64,000 bases of DNA, taken from contig CAYUAG010000002.1 of the NCBI GenBank assembly GCA_964442615.1, forward strand, positions 10,702 to 74,701. Reading direction: 5' to 3'. The position numbers and the translations under genes are program-made. The notes under the pieces are model-generated. The model was not told the origin of the DNA. It did not search any database and saw only the letters and a program-made list of their open reading frames with translations. Positions 9,835 through 18,334 of this stretch are shown piece by piece. The stretch is from an uncultured bacterium (GTDB lineage: Bacteria > Zhuqueibacterota > QNDG01 > CAYUAG01). Numbering within the stretch: position 1 is the first letter of the stretch; every line of letters starts with the position of its first letter.

Positions 9835-12800
9835 TTAGGGATTCTCTGAAACTATTGGAAACATAAGTTTAATTAATGTACCTTTTTGCTTATAACTTTG
9901 TATTGTCCCTTCCAGCTGTTCAGTCAAAATGCTTACCAGCTTCAATCCTAGAGTATCAGGATTTTCAAAATCAATTTCATTCAACATACCAACTCCATTG
10001 TCCTGTATCTGTAGAATGCACGTATTACTCTGCTTAGACAGTGAAATGGTAATTTTTCCTTTTCGTTTTTCTGGAAAAGCATGCTTTACAGCATTTGTCA
10101 ACAGCTCATTTACAATCAAACCTATGGGTACCGACTGATCAAGAGGCAAATGCACATCTTCAATTTGCTTTTCTAGATTAATATTGGAAACTGTATAACT
10201 TTGCATGATTTTAGAGAGAAAAGATTCAAAGTAGTTTTTAATATTAATTTCAGCCATATTCTCTGATTTATACAATTGTTCATGGATCATTGCCATGGAA
10301 TTAATACGATTAGAAAGCTCAGTCGCACAATCATGGAATTCCGGATTTTTTTCTTCCATTTTCTGAATATTAATCAAACTACGCATTATCTGAAGGTTAT
10401 TTTTTACTCGATGATGTACTTCCTTAAGTAAGATACTTTTCTCTTCCAGATCTTTTTTAATCTGTTCCTCCGCTTTCTTGCGTTTAGTAATATCGAACAT
10501 ATATCCTTTTATTCTAATTAAGTTGTCCTTCCCGTCAAATTCACCAATAATGTTTTCCAGAACAGTCACTACTGATCCATCCTTTCGTTTCATCCTACTT
10601 TCGATATTCAATAATCTTTTCTTCTTTTGCAATTGTTTAAGCATGAGGTTACGGGTTTCTACCTTGGGATAAAAAGACTCTGCTTTGATTCGATAGACCT
10701 CTTGCACACTATCATAGTCAGTAATTTTTACAAACATTTCATTGCATAAAAGAATCTTACCTTCCGGTGTACTGATGTAATTACCAGTCAACGCTTCATT
10801 AAAAAACTGCTTAAATCGTTCTTCGCTTCTTTCTATAGTTTCTTCTGCTTGCTTACGCTCGCTTATGTCCCTGATAATAAGCTGTACAGCAGGTCTATTA
10901 TTATACATTATCTTTCTTCCTGAAACTTCCACATTAATTATATTTCCATTAATATCTAAAAACTTCTCTTCTATACCTCTGGTTGTTTTATTTTTTTCTA
11001 AAATTACCTTCATATTCTTTATGGCAACTCTTCTACTATCAGGATGAACAAAATTTATAACAGGTTTCCCAATTAAATTCTCTTTTAAAGCCTCACCAGC
11101 TAATTCTATACCAGCATTGTTTATGTACTGAATTTTTCCCTCACTATGTATAACTATTGGATCTGGTGAGAATTCAATAAGATTACGGTAACGTTTCTCA
11201 CTCTCCTGTAAGGCTTCCATCACTTTTCTACGCTCATTCTCAGCTTTAATCCCATACAAAGCAAAACTAATATCAGCAGCTATCTCGCTAAAAAGTTCCT
11301 GTCCTTCTTTATCATTGACGTATTCTACAGGAACATTTACTGACATTACCCCAAATATCTGTTTCTTATGCTCCAGGCGAATGGTTAAAGCCCGAGTATT
11401 CAGTGATTTTCTCTGTAAAGGACAGCCAGTACAAACTTTTTCTACATTACGGACAGAAACCGAACCATTCCTTTTTAAGGCACGTTTCACACAGTATACA
11501 GATTCACTATCAGTAAAACTTTGAATAAAGGTATCAAACTCTTTACCTATACCAGATTCAAAAAAATGAGAAAACTGCATTTTCTCATCATACAACACCA
11601 CCCAGGTTGATTCGTACCCTTGAGTCTCAACCAAAGTGTTACAAATCTCCTGAATTAATTGGTTTTGATCTTTCTCATGAGTAATGAGCTGATTTACACT
11701 ACGAATGCCATGCAAAACAGCGTTAAGGTGGGTCATTCTTTTTTCCATCTTTTTCCGTTCCGTTATATCCCGGATAATGTAAATTACCGAATCTTTTGTT
11801 TTTGGATTTACTCTGCCTTCAAACCATTTTAGCTCACCTTTAATTTCCAAAGAATATTCAATATGTACTGTTTTATTTTTATCCAGACATTCCTGGACAG
11901 CTTTTAAACATTTCTCTGCTTTAGCTTTGGGAAAAAATTCATGCAAGGATTTTTCCATAACTTCTTCTTTTGATTTATATAAAAAATTCTCTGAAACAGG
12001 AGCAATATTTATTATTTTCCCATTATAATCAATTTCTAACACTGGTTCAGTCATGGCACCAAATATTGAACGAAGAGTAAGTTCTGATTTCTTTAATTCT
12101 TTTTCGGTTAATTTCTGCTGTGTCATGTCTTTTGAAATGATAGTTATTGATTCTATTTCACCTGTTTTATTATCTATTGATGGACTTATTGTCCTTAAAA
12201 AATATCTATTATCTCTCTCACTTAAATACTCATAAGTAATTGGTTTTCCGGTTTCACAAACAGTCTGTACTTTTTTTCTAAATTTTTCTGTTCCTATATC
12301 CGAATGAGTATCTCCATAATTTTTGCCCATCAATTCATTAAAAGTCATTTCATTTCTTTTCAAATATTTATAATTACCATACAAAAATGTTAAATCTTTG
12401 TCTACAATGTAAATCATATCATCAGCTGATTCAACCAATGTTCGGTATTTTCCCTCACTCTTTCGAAGTGCCTTCTCAGTTTTCTTCCGTTCGGTAACAT
12501 TAACTACGTTAGATAGTATATATTTCTTACCTTCAATAATTATAATCTCAGCAGAAAGTAGACCTGTTTTTTTGTTACCGTTTTTATCCTGGAAAATATA
12601 TTCTCTATTTCTTACCGAACCTCTTTTTTTAAATTCATTGATTAAATCTTGACGTTGTTCTTTTGCAGGTTCTGCCCAAATGTTTAAATCGAATGCTTTT
12701 TTTCCAATCACCTCTTCATTCTTCCATCCAGTAAACTGAGTAAATGCTTTATTTACTTCGATATAGCGACCATCTTCAAGAGAGCTTACAGTAATAACTA

Positions 12801-13629
12801 TTGGGCTAGATTCATAAATAGCAGATAATCTCTGCTCATTTTCCCTGAGTTTCATCTGTATTTTGTATTCTTCAGTTACATCCCGGAATACCAGCACCAC
12901 TCCCTTGATATTACCATTGTCATCACGAATAGGTGAACCCGAATCTGCAATCTGGTATTCTGTACCGTCTCTTGAAATAAGTATAGTGTGATTGGCCAAA
13001 CCTACAGTCTCTCCTTTTTTCATCACCTTTTCAACCGGATTAGCAACCCGCTTACGAGTTTTTCCATTTATAATATTAAATATTTTTATGAGTGGTTTTT
13101 GCCTTGCTTCTTCAAATGTATACCCAATGAGTTGTTCTGCTATCGGATTCATACTAATCACGTTCCCTGCTATGTCAGTGGAAATAACTGCATCACCAAT
13201 AGAGTTTAGAGTAGTACGGAGGTTTTTCTCACTCTCCTTTAATTTCTTCTCCATCTTGTATTTGTGCAGTGCTGTCTCAATGACATTTATAAGTTCTTCA
13301 TTACTAAATGGTTTAGAAATTATACCCAAAGGTTCGGTTTCTTTAATCCTGGCTAAATTACCCTCATCTGCATAGGCAGTGACATATACAACTGGTATGT
13401 CATAATTCTCTTTAAGTAAATAGGCAGTCTCTATACCATTGGTCTTACCTTTCAGTTTAATATCCATCAATACCAGGTCAGGATATTTTTTTTCGGCTAA
13501 ATCAAGAGCTTCAGCAGAAGTAGCAGCTATACCCACCACCCTATATCCAAAGATCTGCAGTCGATTCTCTGTATCCGCAGCCACTATACTTTCATCTTCT
13601 ACAATTAAAATAGAGGTTTTATCACTCAT
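9835..13629 (-). CDS. Giant hybrid sensor: N-terminal receiver, many PAS/PAC repeats, a GAF-like segment and a HisKA_2/HWE-type kinase core
   Basis: 1264 aa. The receiver is ILIVEDE...LVLMDIKL. RDITERKK/KDVTE-type PAC endings recur about 7-8 times. The H-box HHRVKNNLQIMRSLINIQ is typical of HisKA_2, and the C-terminal part has DNGVGM and LGLKLV. Confidence 0.9.
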   Translation of the reverse strand: MSDKTSILIVEDESIVAADTENRLQIFGYRVVGIAATSAEALDLAEKKYPDLVLMDIKLKGKTNGIETAYLLKENYDIPVVYVTAYADEGNLARIKETEPLGIISKPFSNEELINVIETALHKYKMEKKLKESEKNLRTTLNSIGDAVISTDIAGNVISMNPIAEQLIGYTFEEARQKPLIKIFNIINGKTRKRVANPVEKVMKKGETVGLANHTILISRDGTEYQIADSGSPIRDDNGNIKGVVLVFRDVTEEYKIQMKLRENEQRLSAIYESSPIVITVSSLEDGRYIEVNKAFTQFTGWKNEEVIGKKAFDLNIWAEPAKEQRQDLINEFKKRGSVRNREYIFQDKNGNKKTGLLSAEIIIIEGKKYILSNVVNVTERKKTEKALRKSEGKYRTLVESADDMIYIVDKDLTFLYGNYKYLKRNEMTFNELMGKNYGDTHSDIGTEKFRKKVQTVCETGKPITYEYLSERDNRYFLRTISPSIDNKTGEIESITIISKDMTQQKLTEKELKKSELTLRSIFGAMTEPVLEIDYNGKIINIAPVSENFLYKSKEEVMEKSLHEFFPKAKAEKCLKAVQECLDKNKTVHIEYSLEIKGELKWFEGRVNPKTKDSVIYIIRDITERKKMEKRMTHLNAVLHGIRSVNQLITHEKDQNQLIQEICNTLVETQGYESTWVVLYDEKMQFSHFFESGIGKEFDTFIQSFTDSESVYCVKRALKRNGSVSVRNVEKVCTGCPLQRKSLNTRALTIRLEHKKQIFGVMSVNVPVEYVNDKEGQELFSEIAADISFALYGIKAENERRKVMEALQESEKRYRNLIEFSPDPIVIHSEGKIQYINNAGIELAGEALKENLIGKPVINFVHPDSRRVAIKNMKVILEKNKTTRGIEEKFLDINGNIINVEVSGRKIMYNNRPAVQLIIRDISERKQAEETIERSEERFKQFFNEALTGNYISTPEGKILLCNEMFVKITDYDSVQEVYRIKAESFYPKVETRNLMLKQLQKKKRLLNIESRMKRKDGSVVTVLENIIGEFDGKDNLIRIKGYMFDITKRKKAEEQIKKDLEEKSILLKEVHHRVKNNLQIMRSLINIQKMEEKNPEFHDCATELSNRINSMAMIHEQLYKSENMAEINIKNYFESFLSKIMQSYTVSNINLEKQIEDVHLPLDQSVPIGLIVNELLTNAVKHAFPEKRKGKITISLSKQSNTCILQIQDNGVGMLNEIDFENPDTLGLKLVSILTEQLEGTIQSYKQKGTLIKLMFPIVSENP

Positions 13630-14130
13630 TAAAACTCCTTTGGTATTACTTGGTACTATTATACATTATTAATTTCTTTATTGTCTACTTCACTTCTGCT
13701 AGTTCCTTTTTCTTAAGAAGAGGGAAAAATAAAATCTCAATTTAAAAAATTTTTTAACATTAATGATTTCTCTCTAATAAAACACTTTCCACGAAATACA
13801 CAAAACACACTAAATGATTTTATTTTCATAAATTTCTTATCCTCAGTGGATTTTTGGAATGGCTTCATTAATTTAACCTTTTACATTTCTCGAAATTTAA
13901 AAGCTATCGAAAAATCCTCAAATTTTTAATATCTTTCCATATACCTAATCAAGTTGAATATTTGCTTAGTTTGGAATTTCAATAAAAATAATGCATTATA
14001 AGATTCCTGCTTTTGTAGAAATGACAGTATTAAAGCACCTTCTAGGCAGCTCCAGATAGATGAGTTTTGGTTTTAATATAATATTTCGTTAAACTGGCAA
14101 TCCGAAACTGTTTACCAGTCTTCTGTATTT

Positions 14131-14859
14131 TTATTTAACAGCCTCTACACCAGCTTTAAAAATTTTAAAACCATCTTCAGATCCGAGCCAGGGATATACA
14201 GCTCTTTCAGGATGAGGCATCAAACCCAGAATAGTCCCAGTTGGATCACAAATTCCTGCTCTGCCACCAACAGAACCATTGGGATTATCTGGATACTTCT
14301 CGGTTCCGGAAAAAGAACCATAGCGGAATACAGTACAGGAGTCATCAAAATCATCAGGAAGACTAATTCTGCCCTCTCCATGTGCAACCGGAATATGAAG
14401 TTTCTGCTGTTCAATCCCCTGTGCCCATACACAATGTGTATCCTGGGCATAGATATCCACCCACCTGCTTTCAAATACTGCAGAACTATTTCGGTCAACA
14501 ATAGCTACTGGTTTACCAATATCATCGTTTCCCGGCAATAAACCGGAGTTAATCAGTATTTGAAAACCATTACAAATTCCAATAATTGGTATTCGCTTTT
14601 CCCTGACTTCAAGGAGCTGATCATTGAGACTGGATATCAAATCCATAGCAAAAATTCTTCCTGCGGCAACATGATCACCAAAAGAAAATCCACCTGGAAC
14701 AGCTATGAGATCGCATTCTGTTAACCTTTGCTGTCCTGAGAGCAGATCACTGGTAAGATTACATAAACTCGGTTCAGCCCCAACCATTCGAAATGCTTCT
14801 ACAGTCTCGTGATGACAATTTATACCCGGAGCATACAAAACTTTCACTTTGGGACGCAT
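14131..14859 (-). CDS. purQ: Phosphoribosylformylglycinamidine synthase, glutaminase subunit PurQ
   Basis: It has a class I amidotransferase triad (GICNGFQIL, MPHPER). I moved the start from the ORF-track 14901 to the ATG at 14857-14859 (MRPKVKVLYAPG), which has a GGAGG 8 nt upstream. Confidence 0.9.
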   Translation of the reverse strand: MRPKVKVLYAPGINCHHETVEAFRMVGAEPSLCNLTSDLLSGQQRLTECDLIAVPGGFSFGDHVAAGRIFAMDLISSLNDQLLEVREKRIPIIGICNGFQILINSGLLPGNDDIGKPVAIVDRNSSAVFESRWVDIYAQDTHCVWAQGIEQQKLHIPVAHGEGRISLPDDFDDSCTVFRYGSFSGTEKYPDNPNGSVGGRAGICDPTGTILGLMPHPERAVYPWLGSEDGFKIFKAGVEAVK

Positions 14860-14910
14860 TAAACTACCTCCTGCCCTTGATGAAAAATCACCTGAATGCA
14901 ATTACTTCAT

Positions 14911-14998
14911 CGGTATCAGTATTGGAATCGCTATCGCAATTGTAATTTCTTAAAAAAATATCACTCTTTCCTCGATTACAATCCTGATAGCGATACCG
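14911..14998 (-). other. Long imperfect hairpin in the purL-purQ intercistronic spacer
   Basis: Three helix segments pair: cggtatc(14911-17)/gataccg(14992-98), cgctatc(14930-36)/gatagcg(14986-92), and aattgtaat(14938-46)/attacaat(14975-82). That is about 22 bp around a 28-nt loop and an 11-nt bulge. The function is unknown. Confidence 0.5.
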
Positions 14999-15033
14999 AA
15001 TTCCGTTACTCCTTTCCAAACTAACACCACTTT

Positions 15034-17919
15034 TCATTCTTTCATAAAACTTAAGACACTACGGAAAGATCTCTTCCATACTTCAATAAGTTCAGGCATA
15101 GGAATTTCAACTGTAAATATATCTGAGTTAAACATCAACTCTGTATCATTAATGATCCTACCCAGATCAAGACAATGCAGCTCCTTAATCACTCTATCTG
15201 TTGACTCTTTATCGACCTCCAGTATTACAGCCCCTATCATTTCGGAAAACAAGCCAATTTCAGGTTGATTGATCTTGAGTCGATTCATTAATTCATTTAA
15301 ATCAACTTCACATCCATATCCACTTCCCAGGGCCATCTCAAATAATTTTATCACTGTACCACCCTGTCCAACTGCAGAAGACGATTTAATGATCCCTTTC
15401 TTCTGTAACTGGTTTAGTTGTTTCCAAAATTGTTTTAATAATTCAGGTTCTATACCTGGAAGTGTATCACCTCTTTTACCTAAAGTATCAAAATAGACAG
15501 AGCCGCCTAACTGCGCACTTAAAGGTCCAGCAAGCAGGATTCTGTTTCCTGGATTTTTCCATGGTTTTGGAATTATTTTTTTAACATCCTTCATTCTCCC
15601 TAAGGCTAATACTGCCAGAGTGGGAGGAATATCTATCCTCTTTCCATCAGGAGCAATATAGGTTCCGCTGGAGCTGTCTTTTCCACTGATAAAGGGGGTC
15701 CCTAATTCTACAGAAAGTTTACAGCAATCAGCTACCATTTTCTTTAAAATCCAGGCTACTTCAGGATTTATCCGGGGAGTATAAAAATTATCACATAAAA
15801 CAATCTCTTTATAGCTCACTCCAATAGTAACTAGTTTTGAAATAGCTTCTACCATCATTAATTTTCCAGCTTCACCTGGTTCAACCTCTCCATAAAAAGG
15901 ATTGAATCCCAGAGAGACAGCACAGCCATACCTTTTACCCATTAAGGGGGCAGACACCCAGACATTATTGGGCATATAGTTTCCTTTTTCCCCATACGGT
16001 CCTACTACTGTTCTGCCTTGAACTGTAGTATCAAACTGGGTACCTGCAGCAGACTGATCGCATATGTTCAGGTGAGCAAGCACCTTTTTCAAGGCTGATT
16101 TAAAATCATTTTCTGTTTTAACCGCAGGAGAACTAAAAGCAAGAGATTTTTGCTCAGGTTCTTTAACCGATATTTCCGGAAGTTTACATCCTTTTCTCAA
16201 ATCAACATAATCAAGATCAATAAGTATATCACCTTTTAATTCGGGAGTAACAGGCAAATCCTCCGGTTCCCTCTCTTCATCCGCATCATACACCACCTGA
16301 CATCTTTTTGATTTGGTAAATTTGCCGATGACCGCACAGGGAACTTCATATCTTTTAAGTATCTGTAAGGTTTCCTTTTTTTTAGCAGAAGGAATACAGA
16401 GGAGCATGCGTTCCTGACTCTCAGATATCCATATCTCCCAAGGAAGCATTCCCTCTGTCTTTAAAGGTACTTTTGCTAGATTCACCCACACTCCTGTATC
16501 CTGTCCTGTCTCTCCTGCTGCAGATGAAAGCCCTGCAGCACCACAATCGGTTATTGCCCTTAAGCAATTGTTATCCCGGAGAACAGGTATTGCCTCCATG
16601 AATTTCCTCTCCTCTATGGGATGGCCGATCTGCACATGCGCAGCATCTACAGTAGCAGTATCACTGGTCATTGAACCTGAACTAACTGTAGCACCATGTA
16701 TACCATCTCTTCCTGTTTTTCCCCCGATAAGTACGGCCAGGTCACCAGGTTTGGGATGCCCTTTTTCTGCTTGGTTTCTGTGCACAGGTATGAGCCCAAT
16801 TGAGTGTCCCAGTGCAAAACATTTGCCGATATAATTTGGATGGAATCGATACACCGAAAACATCATGGGAATTCCCATGGGATTAGTGTAATCTGCAGTA
16901 CCTTTAATAGCCTCATTTAAAATTGTTTTGGGATGGAGTACACCCATGGGAAGATCCTCCCACTCAATGTGAGGATCTCCAATTCCCATAACCGTACTAC
17001 CACCGATTGGCCAGGCTCCCTGCCCACACCCCAGAGTATCCCTGATTACTCCTCCATGTTTGGTCATGATTCCTCCGTAGGGACTAACAGCAGTAGGAGA
17101 ATTATGGGTTTCACCTTTTACTGTTAAAGCCCATCCCTCATAAAATTCTACCGCACCTGCATTATCTTCAAATACTGAAATAACCAGAGGATGATTGATC
17201 TTTTCAGTAGCTTTACTCAACATCTCTAAAAGACCTAAACTTTTCCAGGTTGTGTGAAAGCAGTGATCCGACCAGGTCTGAGCAAACATCTCCAGCTCTC
17301 CATCTGTAAGTAATCGATGCATCTTATCTGCTATTTTCTGGATTTTCTCCATATTATCAACATCTAAAAAAAGCCTTTTTTCTTCACTCAAGCTAATTAA
17401 TTCTTCCTTTGATAATCCTCTTAGATCAACCTGGGTAACCGGTCCCGTACTTCCTATAGGTTTTAAAGTATCCCATACTTCTCCGGGTTTTATTATAGTC
17501 TCTACCTGGGGATTATAAAGATAACGTTTCACTATCTCCTCTGCATAGGATGCATTGATTCCTTTAAATTGATACCGGCAAGCTATTCTTACCCACTCAA
17601 GTCCAGTAATTCCTAAATCTTCAGCTCCTCTGAATATAGAGGGAAGTTCCGGATCAGTTACTGCTCTCTGGTAACCTACCTCAAATATGGGACCGTCTTT
17701 CTCATCTAAAACAGAATGAATTGCTATCTCTTCTGTTTCAGGATGACATAAAAGAGGTCTCAAGTTAAGAGCCTGATTTTTGGTAATTCCTTCAAACCGA
17801 AAAACTTTTTCCATCACTATTGCCTGTAAGGCGTTGTATCCCTCTGCTTTGAAATGATGAAAAAGCACTTCTGCTTCTGGGTCATCCTTTACTCTTCTTA
17901 AATATATAGTAGAAATCAC
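15034..17919 (-). CDS. purL: Phosphoribosylformylglycinamidine synthase subunit PurL with ~200-aa N-terminal PurS-like extension
   Basis: 961 aa. PurL/AIR-synthase-like repeats are present (TWSDHCFHTTWKS, ETHNSPTAVSPYGG, GGKTGRDGIHGAT). The N-terminal ~200 aa precede the usual PurL start, and no separate purS ORF is in the window. Confidence 0.9.
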   Translation of the reverse strand: MISTIYLRRVKDDPEAEVLFHHFKAEGYNALQAIVMEKVFRFEGITKNQALNLRPLLCHPETEEIAIHSVLDEKDGPIFEVGYQRAVTDPELPSIFRGAEDLGITGLEWVRIACRYQFKGINASYAEEIVKRYLYNPQVETIIKPGEVWDTLKPIGSTGPVTQVDLRGLSKEELISLSEEKRLFLDVDNMEKIQKIADKMHRLLTDGELEMFAQTWSDHCFHTTWKSLGLLEMLSKATEKINHPLVISVFEDNAGAVEFYEGWALTVKGETHNSPTAVSPYGGIMTKHGGVIRDTLGCGQGAWPIGGSTVMGIGDPHIEWEDLPMGVLHPKTILNEAIKGTADYTNPMGIPMMFSVYRFHPNYIGKCFALGHSIGLIPVHRNQAEKGHPKPGDLAVLIGGKTGRDGIHGATVSSGSMTSDTATVDAAHVQIGHPIEERKFMEAIPVLRDNNCLRAITDCGAAGLSSAAGETGQDTGVWVNLAKVPLKTEGMLPWEIWISESQERMLLCIPSAKKKETLQILKRYEVPCAVIGKFTKSKRCQVVYDADEEREPEDLPVTPELKGDILIDLDYVDLRKGCKLPEISVKEPEQKSLAFSSPAVKTENDFKSALKKVLAHLNICDQSAAGTQFDTTVQGRTVVGPYGEKGNYMPNNVWVSAPLMGKRYGCAVSLGFNPFYGEVEPGEAGKLMMVEAISKLVTIGVSYKEIVLCDNFYTPRINPEVAWILKKMVADCCKLSVELGTPFISGKDSSSGTYIAPDGKRIDIPPTLAVLALGRMKDVKKIIPKPWKNPGNRILLAGPLSAQLGGSVYFDTLGKRGDTLPGIEPELLKQFWKQLNQLQKKGIIKSSSAVGQGGTVIKLFEMALGSGYGCEVDLNELMNRLKINQPEIGLFSEMIGAVILEVDKESTDRVIKELHCLDLGRIINDTELMFNSDIFTVEIPMPELIEVWKRSFRSVLSFMKE

Positions 17920-18334
17920 TTCTATCTCCTGTAGGTAGAAAAATTGTTAATTAAATAATTTATTGAAATTTTCTTTAAATGTCAAAAAATCTCTTCATTA
18001 TACTGTATTACCTACTTTTTTCTACTACTCCTGGTAAAGTAATTATTTATCAGTGAGTTTTAACATACCAATATGAATAATACATTAGAATGAGGATTCA
18101 AATTTACTTTTTCAGGAAATATGAGATGTATAAGCTCTCATGAAACAATACTTAAAAATACTTATATAAAAACAACAGCCTAGAAAAGACATAAAATGAA
18201 AAAATTTATTGCAGTGATTTTAGTGTATTTCGTAGGTCATTTATAAAAATTAACTTTTATCAAAATTACTTGGAAAAAAATATCATTTTTTTTTAAATGT
18301 ATATTCACCTTTCAAATACAATTAATACCTGGCC

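Noticed and set aside
14860-14901. The ORF-track start of purQ at 14901 (MHSGDFSSRAGGSL...).
   Set aside because: The extra 14 codons contain the GGAGG RBS for the ATG at 14859. PurQ homology begins at MRPKVKVLYAPG.
17920-18334. A possible purine or ZTP riboswitch upstream of purL.
   Set aside because: The 415-nt spacer is almost pure A/T. I could not find the conserved purine-riboswitch junction sequences or a pfl/ZTP core. Only a 6-bp hairpin (atgaga/tctcat) is present.
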